A DNA stretch of 64,000 nucleotides from an uncultured Chloroflexia bacterium (lineage in GTDB: Bacteria > Chloroflexota > Limnocylindria > Limnocylindrales > CSP1-4): the NCBI GenBank assembly GCA_963813535.1, contig CAWEZH010000003.1, positions 608,001 through 672,000 of the forward strand. The letters are read 5' to 3'. The notes beneath the pieces are model-generated. The model was not told the origin of the DNA, did not search any database, and worked only from the letters and a program-made list of their open reading frames with translations. Positions 27,767-38,016 of the stretch are shown here, in pieces (the stretch's first letter is position 1; the number at the start of each line of letters is the position of its first letter). The position numbers and the translations under genes were made by a program.

Positions 27767-29180
27767 GATGCGCTCCCCTCGATGGCCGACCCGGCTCCCG
27801 GTCCGGGTTCGACGATGAGGGTAAGCCCGTCCTGACCGACGACGCGGATCTCCTGACCGGGAGGGATCTCGTCCCCGCTGCTCGAGCGTGCCGTCCACTC
27901 CTCGCCGGCCGCATAGACGACACCGAGCGGCGCGAGCGAAGTCCGGACGATCCCCTCGCTGCCGGCCGGCACCATGCTGCTGCCACCGGCGCCATAGACA
28001 TGCGCGTATGCCAGGCTGCGGCGGCGGACGCGCACGATGGTGAACAGGGCGACGACCATGAACGCCGCCGTCGCGACGGCTGTGAGCACGACGAGCGGTG
28101 CCGCGACCGTGACGTCCGGGGCCGTCGGCGAGCCCGGCGCCGTGTAGAGCGTGGACGCGCCCAGCACGAAGCAGACGAGCCCGCCGACGGCCAGGAGGCC
28201 GTGACTGGCCACGGTCAGCTCGAGGACGAAGAGCAGCACGGCGAGCCCGATGAGGATCAGACCCGCCACGTTGAGCGGCAGGCTGCCGAAGCCGATGAAG
28301 GCCAGGATCAGCGCGATCGCGCCGAGGATGCCGGTCACGAAGTTCGGGCTCTGGAGCTCGAACAGGAGGCCGTAGAAGCCGAGCGTCAGCAGGATGAACG
28401 CGACATTCGGATCGGACAGCAGGTGGATGATCGACTGGAACGGGTTCATGCCGACATCGACGAACGCGGCGTCGGTCAGTTCGAGCGTCACGGGCTCGGA
28501 TCGGACCTCGACCGTCTGGCCGTCCGCCTGGCTTCGGACATCCTCGAGCGACGTGGCGATGCCATCGACTGCGCCGACCGCGACCGCTTCGCTGGCCGTC
28601 GACGACACCGCCTTGTCGACGGTCGAGACGGCCCACTCGACGTTGCGACCGCGATGCTCGGCGATCGACCGGATGTTGGCGATGGCATCGTTCTTGACCT
28701 TGTCCCCGATGGTGCCCGTCAGTTCCTCGCCGCCGGCACCGACCGGTGACGCTGCGCCGATGTTCGTTCCCGGCGCCATGTACGCGAGGTTGGCGGCGAG
28801 CGTGATGAACGTCCCGGCGCTGGCAGCCCGGCCGCCACTGGGCGCCACCCAGACGATCGTCGGCACGGGAGCCTCGAGCAGGGCCGACACGATCCGCTGG
28901 GTCGCGTCGAGGCTGCCGCCCGGCGTGTTGAGGGTCACGATCACGGCCGATGCACCACCGTCCAACGCCTGCGCCACGCCCTGCTCGACATACGTCGCCA
29001 TGACGTTGTCGACGACACCCGTCGCCGTCAGCACGTCGATATGCCTGCGGTCTCGTCGGCGCCGCGGACGATGACGACCGGCTGGCGTATGGCGGCCAGC
29101 AACAACCACGCCATCCCGGCGAGGAGGATCGAACGACTGAGGCGAGCCGCGGATCGGCTCGCCCGCGCGGATGGACGCAT
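27763..29180 (-). CDS. nfeD: Long NfeD (ClpP-class protease + TM + OB domain); signal peptide separated by a frameshift near 29045
   Basis: 'NTPGG', 'AASAGTFI', 'TNIGAASPV'; signal-peptide-like 'MRPSARASRSAARLSRSILLAGMAWLLLAAI' from ATG 29180 is out of frame. Confidence 0.85.
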
Positions 29181-29308
29181 CGGAAACGCTCGTGCGCATT
29201 ATCGCGCGCCCTCGACCAAAACCTCCTCGATGACATCACGTCGCGTGCACACACGATGGCCGGGCCCTGTTCGGGACCCGGCCACCGAGTAGCGGCGTGC
29301 GCGGCGCG

Positions 29309-29647
29309 CTACATGATCCCGACGATGTGACCCTCGGGATCGGCGAAGAGTGCGACGTTCGTCTCGGGAGCGACCTCGGTCAGCGGCATGATCACGCGAC
29401 CGCCACCTGCCGCCGCCTTGTCGAGCACACCCTGCGGGTCGTCGGTGTGGACGTAGAAGGTCACGTGACCCTGACCGCCGTCCTGGCTGGCGCCGATCCC
29501 ACCGGTCAGCCCGCCATCCTGGCGATACATCCCGTAGCCGCCGGGATTGCTCGTGTCCAGGCTCCACCCGAACACGTCCTTGTAGAACTGCTGCAGCGCC
29601 GGCCCGTCCTTGCCGACGACCTCGACGTGTACGACCGTCGTCCCCAT
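29309..29647 (-). CDS. VOC/glyoxalase family protein
   Basis: 'VVHVEV', 'FYKDVFGW', 'FADPEGH'. Confidence 0.9.
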   Translation of the reverse strand: MGTTVVHVEVVGKDGPALQQFYKDVFGWSLDTSNPGGYGMYRQDGGLTGGIGASQDGGQGHVTFYVHTDDPQGVLDKAAAGGGRVIMPLTEVAPETNVALFADPEGHIVGIM

Positions 29648-29758
29648 GGGAGACCTCCATTCTGTTTCGGCGGCAGATCGGCCGCCCCATCACTCACACG
29701 ACGAACGGGGACAACGCGAATCGACAGGGTGCAGATCGCGGCTCCCCGGGCCCAACGC

Positions 29759-30835
29759 CTATGGCAGCGGTCGCCAGGCCTGCGCGAGCAGGACGGCCAG
29801 CGCAACGAGCACCGCCCCGAGGGCCACGAACAGCACGCTGATCTCCATGATCTCGTGCTTGGTGATGAGGTTGGTCGGGAGGTTCTCGAAGACCGTGTGG
29901 AGCTCGTCGGCGCTCTCGGCCGGGTAGTACGTCCCGCCTGTCGCGTCGGCGACGGCTTTCAGCGTCTCCTCATCGATCGCGCGCCGGAACCCGCCGCCGC
30001 CCCCACCGCCGCCACCGGTCCCGCCGAAGCCGAACTGGTCGGCGGGTTCGCGACCGACGAACTGGAGGCCGCACGGTGGTCGCTCCGCGTTGGGGTCCGC
30101 CGTCCCGAAGCCGATCGTGTAGACGCGGATGCCTCGGGCCGCGGCCTCGGCGGCGGCCTCCACAGGGACGGGGCCGGCGTTGCTGGCGCCATCGGTCAGC
30201 AGCACGATGATCGCGGGGGCGTAGGCCCCACGCGGCACCGGGCTTGGCACGGTTGCTGGATCGGAGCCGCCGGCCGGCAGCGGGGCGACGCTGTCATCGA
30301 TCTCGGCGATGGCGTCGAGCAATTCGAGGATCGCGCTGCCGATCGCGGTTCGCCGTCCTGTCGTCAGGCTCTCGACGACGTCCAGCAACACCTCCTGGTC
30401 GGTCGTGGGTGTCTGCACGATCTCGGCGAAACCGGCGAACGCGACGATGCCGATCTGCGTGCTCGATCCCTGCCGGTCGATGAACGAGGCGGCGGCCTCT
30501 TCGGCTGCGACCAGTCGGTTGGGTGGGATGTCGGTGGCGCACATGCTGCGCGAGACGTCCATCGCGAGGATCACCGTCGTCCGGCCGGCCGGCACGCTCA
30601 CGATCTGGACCGGCCGCGCCATCGCCACGACCAGGCTCGCGAGACCGAGCGTGAACAGGGCGAACGGCAGGTGTCGGCGGATCCATGAGGAACCGGTCAC
30701 GGCCTCCCGGATGAGTGCGAGGCTGGAGTAGCGCAGTGCCGGCTTCCTGCGCCTCAGCAGCCAGATCCGGGCGACGACCAGGATCGGGACGATGGCCAGG
30801 AGCAGGAAGGCCCCGGGCGCGAGGACGTCCATCAC
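29759..30835 (-). CDS. BatA-like VWA domain membrane protein
   Basis: MIDAS 'DVSRS', 'TAIG', 'LLTDG'. Confidence 0.9.
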   Translation of the reverse strand: MMDVLAPGAFLLLAIVPILVVARIWLLRRRKPALRYSSLALIREAVTGSSWIRRHLPFALFTLGLASLVVAMARPVQIVSVPAGRTTVILAMDVSRSMCATDIPPNRLVAAEEAAASFIDRQGSSTQIGIVAFAGFAEIVQTPTTDQEVLLDVVESLTTGRRTAIGSAILELLDAIAEIDDSVAPLPAGGSDPATVPSPVPRGAYAPAIIVLLTDGASNAGPVPVEAAAEAAARGIRVYTIGFGTADPNAERPPCGLQFVGREPADQFGFGGTGGGGGGGGGFRRAIDEETLKAVADATGGTYYPAESADELHTVFENLPTNLITKHEIMEISVLFVALGAVLVALAVLLAQAWRPLP

Positions 30836-31852
30836 GGCAGTCGCCCCAGCCAGAGGAGCGCCCCCGCCGCACCCACGAGGAGGATCAGGACGCCCGCCCC
30901 GGCGAAGAGCGAGGTGACCTCGGTCGCCTCGGGCCGGATGACGAACCGGGTCTCGATGTCGTCGTAGATCGACGCCAGCTCCGCCGGGTCCGCCGCGGCG
31001 TAGTACGCGCCGTCGGTGAGCTCCGCGATACGGCGGAGCGATGGTTCGTCGAGCTGGCTATGGACACGGAAACCCTCGACCTCCAGCGTCGCGCCCTCCT
31101 TCGTGCCGAGACCGACCGTGAAGATGCGGACGCCCCGCTCGGCCGCGGCCCCTGCCGCTTCGAGTGGATCCGGCCGCTGGTTGTTCTCGCCGTCGGTGAG
31201 CAGGACGATCGCCGCCGGGGCATGCGTCCCGGGCGGAACGACCGGGGGCAGCGGATCGGGATCCGGCGAGCGGTTCGTGTAGTAGCCGGCCTCTGGGTCC
31301 CGGTCGGCGGCCGCGATCGCGGTCAGCGAGGAGACGATGCCGCGGGCGATCGATGTCCCGCGTTCGGGTCCCAGCCGGTCGATCGCCGCGAGGACCTGCG
31401 CCTGGTCGGAGGTGGGCACGAGCATCGAGAAGCCGGTGTCACTGAACGCGACGATGCCGATGAAGGATCGTCGTCGGCTGGCGGGAGACGAACGTCCGAG
31501 CTGCGGCCTTGGCCGCCTCCATGCGGCTCGGATCCATATCCGTGGCGGCCATGCTGCCGGACACGTCGAACGACAGGATGACCGTCCCCTCGAACCGTGG
31601 GACGCCGATGACGCTCTGCGGTCTGGCCAGAGCCAGGACGAGGACCGTCATCCCGGTCAGCAACAGGGCGGCCGGGATCCGGCGTCGCAGCGTACTGCGG
31701 CGGCCCGCTCCTCCCGCTGGCGTCGGGCTTGCCCGGAGCGCGCCGAGCGCATCGATCCGTCGTCGACGCCGCGCTTCGCGCCGGGCGTAGAGCGCGGCAC
31801 CCAACGGGATAGCCAGGAGCAGCAGCAGCATCGACGGCCAGAGGAAGCTCAC
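30832..31852 (-). CDS. BatA-like VWA domain protein, frameshifted near 31464
   Basis: 'DVSGS' in the first frame; an extra T in ATC CT(T)C ATC GGC shifts 'TTILIGIVAFSD'; 'LLTDGEN' in the second frame. Confidence 0.85.
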
Positions 31853-31854
31853 GC

Positions 31855-32754
31855 CTATGTCCGTCGGCGCCGGCGGCGCAGTGTGGCCATCCGAACGATC
31901 GCCTGGACCAGGTCGTCATCGGTCGACAGGGCGACCGCGTCCACGCCCGCCTTCCGGAACGCATCCCGGAGCGTCACCTCTCGACGCTCCGACGCCTCGC
32001 GGAAGCGACGACGAAACGCCGTGTCATGCGTGTCGACGTAGAGCTGCTCGCCGGTCTCGGCGTCCTCCATGAGGAGCGGGCCGACATCGGGCAGCTCGAC
32101 TTCCCGCCGGTCGAACAGCCGGACGGCCATCACCTCGTGGCGCTGGGTCAGCATGTTCAGCGGGCGCTCCCACCCGGGTGCGCTGATGAAGTCCGAGATC
32201 ACGAAGACCAGCGACCGGCGCTTGATGGTCTGCCGACCGGCGTCGAGCAGCGGCGCGAGATCGGTGAAGGGCGATGACGCCAGTCGCGGCTGGTCGAGCA
32301 GGTCGTTGACGAGCCGCAGGACCTGGACCCGACCGCCACGCGCAGGGATCGTCCGATCCACCTGGCTCCCGAAGAGGATCGCCCCGACGCGGTTTCCGCG
32401 GCGGGTCAGGAGTCGAGCAAGCGTCGTGACGAAGTCGATCAGGACGCTCCGCTTGAGCCGCTCGCCCTCGACCGTGCCGAAGTCGACCGACGGGCTGAGG
32501 TCGAGGAGGAACCAGGCTGTGACCTCGCGATCCTCGACGTATTGCCGCACGTAGGGCGTCGATGTCCGCGCCGTGACGTTCCAGTCGATGTATCGGACGT
32601 CGTCGCCCCACTGGTATTCGCGGAGGTCCGCGAAGTCGATGCCGCTGCCGTGGAACAGCGTCCGGTAGTCGCCCTGCAGCAGGCCGTCGAGTCTGCGGAC
32701 GACCTGCCAGTCGAGGCGCTGGAGGATGCGCTCAGGCGCTGACGACGCTGCCAT
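31855..32754 (-). CDS. DUF58 domain protein
   Basis: 'FADLREYQWGDDVRYIDWNVTAR', 'ISDF'. Confidence 0.93.
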   Translation of the reverse strand: MAASSAPERILQRLDWQVVRRLDGLLQGDYRTLFHGSGIDFADLREYQWGDDVRYIDWNVTARTSTPYVRQYVEDREVTAWFLLDLSPSVDFGTVEGERLKRSVLIDFVTTLARLLTRRGNRVGAILFGSQVDRTIPARGGRVQVLRLVNDLLDQPRLASSPFTDLAPLLDAGRQTIKRRSLVFVISDFISAPGWERPLNMLTQRHEVMAVRLFDRREVELPDVGPLLMEDAETGEQLYVDTHDTAFRRRFREASERREVTLRDAFRKAGVDAVALSTDDDLVQAIVRMATLRRRRRRT

Positions 32755-33739
32755 GGTCGCGCAACGGGACGACAGGGACCGGGATGCGGTCGATGATCGT
32801 CGTGAGGAGGTCGTCGCTGTCGATGTCGTCGGACAGCGCTTCGAACGAGAGCACCAGCCGGTGGCGCAGGACGTCGAGGGCCATGTCGAGCACGTCCTCC
32901 GGGAGTGCGTAGTCGCGACCGCGGACGAACGCCAGGGCACGCGCCGTGAGGATCAGGTTGATCGACGCGCGCGGGCTGGCGCCGAAGGTGATGTAGCGAC
33001 TGAGCTCCCCGAGACCATGCGCCTCCGGTTCTCGGGTCGCCGTGGCGAGCCGAACGGCGTATTCCATCAACGCCGGATCGACGAAGACGCGGTCGGCGGC
33101 ACGCTGCATCTCGATCAGCGACTGGGTCGACAGCACTTCGTGCGCCGTCGGGACCGAGCCGGTCATGCGCTCGACGATGACGAACTCCTCGGTCGGGCTC
33201 GGGTAGCCGACGAGGACCTTCAGCATGAACCGGTCGATCTGGGCCTCGGGGAGCGCGTAGGTCCCCTCGGTCTCGATCGGGTTCTGGGTCGCCAGCACGA
33301 GGAAGGGATCCGGGACCTTGTAGGACTCCTTGCCGATCGTGACCTGACGCTCCTGCATGACCTCGAGGAGCGCGCTCTGGACCTTGGCCGGGGCGCGGTT
33401 GATCTCGTCGGCCAGCAGGAGATTCGCGAACACGGGCCCGAGCGACGTCCCGAAATCGCCCGTCTTCTGGTTGTAGATGCGAGTGCCGACCAGATCGGCA
33501 GGGACGAGGTCCGGCGTGAACTGGATCCGCTTGAACTCACCACCGATGGCCTCGGCCAGGGTCCGGATAGCCATCGTCTTGGCCAGTCCGGGCACGCCTT
33601 CGACGAGGATGTGACCCCGGGCGAGGAGCGCCACGATGAGTCGCTCGAGCAGGTGATCCTGCCCGACGATCACCTTCTTGACCTCGTACAACAGCCGCTC
33701 CATCGGGGCGGCTCCGTCCTGGCTGGCTGAGTGGTCCAC
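32732..33739 (-). CDS. moxR: MoxR family AAA+ ATPase
   Basis: 'GVPGLAKT', 'RIQFTPDL', 'DEINRA', 'ATQNPIE'. Confidence 0.95.
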   Translation of the reverse strand: MDHSASQDGAAPMERLLYEVKKVIVGQDHLLERLIVALLARGHILVEGVPGLAKTMAIRTLAEAIGGEFKRIQFTPDLVPADLVGTRIYNQKTGDFGTSLGPVFANLLLADEINRAPAKVQSALLEVMQERQVTIGKESYKVPDPFLVLATQNPIETEGTYALPEAQIDRFMLKVLVGYPSPTEEFVIVERMTGSVPTAHEVLSTQSLIEMQRAADRVFVDPALMEYAVRLATATREPEAHGLGELSRYITFGASPRASINLILTARALAFVRGRDYALPEDVLDMALDVLRHRLVLSFEALSDDIDSDDLLTTIIDRIPVPVVPLRDHGSVVSA

Positions 33740-33780
33740 GCGTCGATCCCCTGCGCTACGGATGATGTCGGGCGATGGCG

Positions 33781-34605
33781 TCAGTAGGGCGGGAGCCCGG
33801 CGGCGCCGCCTGCGACGTCGATCGGCACGGCCAGGCCGATGCCGATGAAGACGTCGTCATTCGTTGGATTCAGCAGCGCCGTGACGATGCCGATGACATG
33901 TCCCTCTCTATCGAGTAACGGTCCGCCGGAGTTGCCCGGATTGACCGCCGCATCGATCTGGATCAAGCCGCGCAACACGACCCCGTTCTCCTCGAGCTTG
34001 AAGGAGCGGCCGAGCCCGGAGATCACGCCCTCGCTCATCGAGGCGGCAAGGCCGAACGGGCTGCCGACCGCGTAGGCCTCGCTCCCCTCGCGGACACCGT
34101 TCGGGTCGCCCAGGGTCGCGGGCACGATCTCTGCCGGTGGGCTCGCCGCGCGAAGCACCGCGATGTCGTTGGACGCGTCACGGGCCACGATCTCGGCCGG
34201 GGATCGGGTGCCGTCGGCGAACGTCACCGCGACGTCCGTGGCGTCGCCGACGACATGCAGGCTTGTCAGTATGTCGCCCGCGAGGTTGATCACGACCCCG
34301 CTGCCGACCCCCTCATCGGCACCTGTCCCGCCGTTCGCAGCCGGCCGCTCGATCTCGATGAGCACGACCGATGGTCGGACTGCGGCGTACACGGTTTCCG
34401 AGAAGGCCGGCGGGGGCGTCACCGACGCCAAGGCCTCACCGACCTGCGCGTCGACGTCGTCCCGCGTCAGCGGCGGTGGCCCGGGGAACACGACGTTGTA
34501 CGCGACCACGGCCCCGAAGGCGACGACGGCGCCGACGACGTACGGGACCGACCGACCGAGTCGGCGTATCCGTCGCGGCGCGTCTCCCGATGGGGGCCCT
34601 GTCAT
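33781..34605 (-). CDS. Trypsin-like (S1C/HtrA-like) serine protease without PDZ
   Basis: 'LTSLHVV', 'DIAVL', 'NPGNSGGPL'; N-terminal TM. Confidence 0.9.
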   Translation of the reverse strand: MTGPPSGDAPRRIRRLGRSVPYVVGAVVAFGAVVAYNVVFPGPPPLTRDDVDAQVGEALASVTPPPAFSETVYAAVRPSVVLIEIERPAANGGTGADEGVGSGVVINLAGDILTSLHVVGDATDVAVTFADGTRSPAEIVARDASNDIAVLRAASPPAEIVPATLGDPNGVREGSEAYAVGSPFGLAASMSEGVISGLGRSFKLEENGVVLRGLIQIDAAVNPGNSGGPLLDREGHVIGIVTALLNPTNDDVFIGIGLAVPIDVAGGAAGLPPY

Positions 34606-34699
34606 CTCGTCCACCCGTGCGGCCTGACCGCAGTCTAGCGCGAGGTCACCGATGGCCGGGATCGAGCCCCCCGCTCGTAGGCCTGATCGGGTCGGTCGC

Positions 34700-35575
34700 T
34701 CAGCGACCCGCAGCGACCGGCATGCCGACGAGCTCGGCGCTGACCTGCCACAGACGTGCCGTGGTGGCCCGGTCGTAGGAGGTCGCCTGGGAGGTCTTGG
34801 CCTTTGCGCCGGCGAAGTAGGTGCCGGTGATGCCCTCGACGTCGGCCGAACTGGCCAGATGGACCGAGGTCTCGGCACCACGTTCGGGGCTCTTCATGAA
34901 GGGTCGCATGAGGGCGATGAGCGGGCCCCATCCACGCGCGGTGTCCTCCCTCCCGAAGGCGGTGCTCGTCACGCCGGGGTGCAGGACGGTGGCGGTGACC
35001 CCAGTCCCTTCGAGCCGGCGTGCCAGCTCGTAGGTGAACATCACGTTGGCCAGCTTCGACTGGTTGTACGCACGCTGGCCGGAGTAATCGGGCTTGCCCA
35101 TCAGGTCATCGAAATCGATCCTGCCCATCGATTGGGCTCCAGACGACACGGTCACGATGCGCGCGGGCGCGCTGGCCTTGAGCCGATCCAGAAGGAGGTC
35201 GGTCAGCAGGAATGGCGCCAGGTGATTGAGCGCGAACGTGCGCTCCAACCCGTCCGTGGTCAGATGCCTGTGGGCCCAGAACCCGCCGACGTTGTTGAGG
35301 AGCACGTCGAGCCGCGGGTAGGCGGCGAGCACCTCGCCGGCCAGCCGCCGGACTCCGGCCTGCGAGGACATGTCGGCGACGAACACATCCACCGCCGCGT
35401 TGCCCGACACGCTGGCGATCTCCGACGCCGCCTGCTCTGCCCGCGCGAGGTCGCGGCCCGTGATGCCCACGCGGGCACCCATCGAGGCAAGGCCGATCGC
35501 CGACGCCTTGCCGATCCCGCCGGTGCCACCAGTGACCAGTACGGTCTTGCCGGTCATCGACGAGGTGGCAACCAT
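34700..35575 (-). CDS. SDR oxidoreductase (retinol dehydrogenase-like)
   Basis: 'TGGTGGIG', 'NNVG', 'YNQSK'. Confidence 0.92.
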   Translation of the reverse strand: MVATSSMTGKTVLVTGGTGGIGKASAIGLASMGARVGITGRDLARAEQAASEIASVSGNAAVDVFVADMSSQAGVRRLAGEVLAAYPRLDVLLNNVGGFWAHRHLTTDGLERTFALNHLAPFLLTDLLLDRLKASAPARIVTVSSGAQSMGRIDFDDLMGKPDYSGQRAYNQSKLANVMFTYELARRLEGTGVTATVLHPGVTSTAFGREDTARGWGPLIALMRPFMKSPERGAETSVHLASSADVEGITGTYFAGAKAKTSQATSYDRATTARLWQVSAELVGMPVAAGR

Positions 35576-35660
35576 CGTGCGCTTCCTTTCGGTGTCAGTG
35601 CGGCGCCCGACATCCCTTGACGGGGTGTTCGGGCGCCGCGAGTGCTCGGACGGCGATGCG

Positions 35661-36068
35661 TCAGACGGTGATCGGCGCAGGCACGCGACGGGAGGCGGCC
35701 AGGGCCGTGCCATCCGGCCCGACGATCACGTAGGCGATCATCGCCAGGAACCCGAAGTTGAAGATCCCCAGCAGCAGCAGCGCGAGGAACCAGGCTTTGC
35801 TGTCGAGCTGCGCCGTGTTCAACAGCGCTCCGATCCACGACACGAGGCCGCCGATCATCGCGCCGACGATCGCGAAACCGCCGGCCACGCCGACCGCGAG
35901 CAAGGCAAGGGCGAGCGGCCCGCCATTGACGCCGACGACGTTGTTGCCGTTCATGACGAACACATCGTTCGCCATCGCGAGGCCCACGGCGATGATCAGG
36001 AGGATGGCGCCCGCGACTGCTGCGATGACGCTGCCGATGAAGAGTCGGGTGACTGTTGCCTTGGACAC
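35661..36068 (-). CDS. Hypothetical membrane protein
   Basis: Three to four TM, 'WIGALLNTAQL..KAWF'; AGGAG RBS before GTG. Confidence 0.75.
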   Translation of the reverse strand: MSKATVTRLFIGSVIAAVAGAILLIIAVGLAMANDVFVMNGNNVVGVNGGPLALALLAVGVAGGFAIVGAMIGGLVSWIGALLNTAQLDSKAWFLALLLLGIFNFGFLAMIAYVIVGPDGTALAASRRVPAPITV

Positions 36069-36127
36069 GGGAGGTCTCCTTTGTGTCGATGTCGGACTCG
36101 TGGTGTGGACTGGATCCGTGTGGATCC

Positions 36128-37153
36128 TCATGCGGCGGTCCCTGCCAGCGTCAGCGCTTGTGCAGGAGCGCTCGACGTCGCGGATGGCGACGGCGCCACC
36201 GCGACGACGATCGTGCCGCGGGCGTGACCCTGAGCGACGTGCTCGATGGCATCACGCGTTCGCTCCAGCGGGTACGTCCCACCGATGACCGGCGCGATCC
36301 TCCCGGCTTCGCTCAGCGCCTTGAGTTCCAGCAGGTCGGCAGCGTTCTGGGTCTTCAATGACGGCCCGGCCTGCTGGCGTACGAACATGGACACGATCGC
36401 GGTCCTGATCGTCCGGCTGAGCTTGCCGCCGGCGTGGCCACCGCCGTTGGAGATCAGCTTCCCGTTCGGCGTGAGGGCTCGCCTCGTCTCGGCCATCGAG
36501 TGGTTCCCGACGTTGTCGAGGATGAGGTCGAAGCGCTGTCCGCCCTTCGTGAAGTCTTCAGCGGTGTAGTCGATGACATGATCGGCGCCGATCGAGCGCA
36601 CGAGGTCGACGTTCCTGGTGCTGGTGACGCCGGTGACCTCGGCTCCGAGCGCCTTGGCGATCTGCACGCCGAATGAGCCCACCCCTCCCGATGCCCCATT
36701 GATCAGGACCTTCTGCCCGGGCTGGACGCGTCCGTCATCGCGGAGGAGCTGGAGGGCGGTCGTCGCCGACACGCCCACGGCGGCCGCTTGCTCGAACGTG
36801 AGGTCGGCCGGCTTCTTGACCAACTGGTCCTCGGTCGCCCGTGCGTACTCGGCGAACGCTCCATCGGCCCAGCCGAAGACCTCGTCGCCTGGGATGAATC
36901 CGCGCACGTCCCTGCCGACCGCCTCGACGGTGCCCGCGAGATCCGTGCCGGGAACCGGGTTCTTCGGCTTGCGCAGTCCGGTGGCGAAGCGCATGACGAA
37001 CGGCGTGCCGGTCATGAGGATCCAATCACCGACGTGGATCGATGCGGCATGAACGCGGACCAGGACCTCGTCGTCGCCGATCTCTGGCTTGTCGACATCC
37101 CGCGCCTGCAGGACGGCAGGTGAGCCGTAGCTGTCTTGGACGATCGCCCTCAT
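36128..37153 (-). CDS. NAD(P)-dependent MDR/quinone oxidoreductase-like protein
   Basis: 'GAFAEY', 'INGASGGVG', 'GADHVIDY'. Confidence 0.92.
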   Translation of the reverse strand: MRAIVQDSYGSPAVLQARDVDKPEIGDDEVLVRVHAASIHVGDWILMTGTPFVMRFATGLRKPKNPVPGTDLAGTVEAVGRDVRGFIPGDEVFGWADGAFAEYARATEDQLVKKPADLTFEQAAAVGVSATTALQLLRDDGRVQPGQKVLINGASGGVGSFGVQIAKALGAEVTGVTSTRNVDLVRSIGADHVIDYTAEDFTKGGQRFDLILDNVGNHSMAETRRALTPNGKLISNGGGHAGGKLSRTIRTAIVSMFVRQQAGPSLKTQNAADLLELKALSEAGRIAPVIGGTYPLERTRDAIEHVAQGHARGTIVVAVAPSPSATSSAPAQALTLAGTAA

Positions 37154-37167
37154 CTGTGTCTCCCGAC

Positions 37168-37223
37168 TTTACGATGTAAACCTGACGCCGTAAACCATAC
37201 GGTGTAAAGTAGACAGTGTCAAC
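37168..37223. promoter_or_regulatory. Array of four 14-bp palindromic TetR operator-like units
   Basis: TTTACGATGTAAAC / CTGACGCCGTAAAC / CATACGGTGTAAAG / TAGACAGTGTCAAC between divergent genes. Confidence 0.75.
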
Positions 37224-37259
37224 AGCACATATCACGCGAACCGCTTCCTGGAGAAGTCG

Positions 37260-37934
37260 ATGACCACGCAGACCGACGAAACCACCCAGCGACGTGTCCC
37301 ACTGACGCGCGCTCGGGTCCTCGAGATCGCCGTCGCGCGTGCCGATGTCGGCGGCCTCGAGGCCCTCTCGATGCGCAAGCTGGGCCAGGAGCTCGGTGTC
37401 GAGGCGATGGCGCTCTACCACCACTTCGCGAACAAGGACGACCTCGTGGACGGGATGGTCGATCTGGTCTTCACCGAGATCGAGCTGCCTGACTCCGGGC
37501 CTGACTGGAGGAGCGCCATGCGCAAGAGGGCTGTCTCGGTGCGTGACGCGCTGCTCCGCCACCGCTGGGCGATCGGCTTGATGGAGTCGCGCCGGGCGCC
37601 CGGTCCGGCGAACCTTCGACACCACGACGCGGTGATCGGCAGCCTTCGCGCAGGCGGCTTCGACATCGCGATGGCCGCCCACGCCTACTCGCTACTGGAC
37701 AGCTACATCTACGGCTTTGCGCTCACCAAGATGAACCTCCCCTTCCAATCCTCAGAGGAGGTCGGCGACGTGGCCGAGGCCATGCTCGCGCCGTTCCCGG
37801 CAGGTGAGTACCCGCATCTCCTCGAGATCCTGACCGACCACGTGATGCAGCCTGGGTACGACTACGGCGACGAGTTCGAACTCGGGCTGGATCTCATCCT
37901 CGACGGCCTCGAGCGGATGCGCAACGAAGCCTGA
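37260..37934 (+). CDS. TetR family regulator (TetR_C)
   Basis: '[21 protein letters not shown]', '[11 protein letters not shown]'. Confidence 0.95.
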   Translation: MTTQTDETTQRRVPLTRARVLEIAVARADVGGLEALSMRKLGQELGVEAMALYHHFANKDDLVDGMVDLVFTEIELPDSGPDWRSAMRKRAVSVRDALLRHRWAIGLMESRRAPGPANLRHHDAVIGSLRAGGFDIAMAAHAYSLLDSYIYGFALTKMNLPFQSSEEVGDVAEAMLAPFPAGEYPHLLEILTDHVMQPGYDYGDEFELGLDLILDGLERMRNEA

Positions 37935-38016
37935 CCTCGGTGGCCCCATCGGCCATGCGTGGAGCCGTGACTATGAGGTCAGGGACCGTCGCCGCATCGG
38001 GGCGCAGGATCGATCG

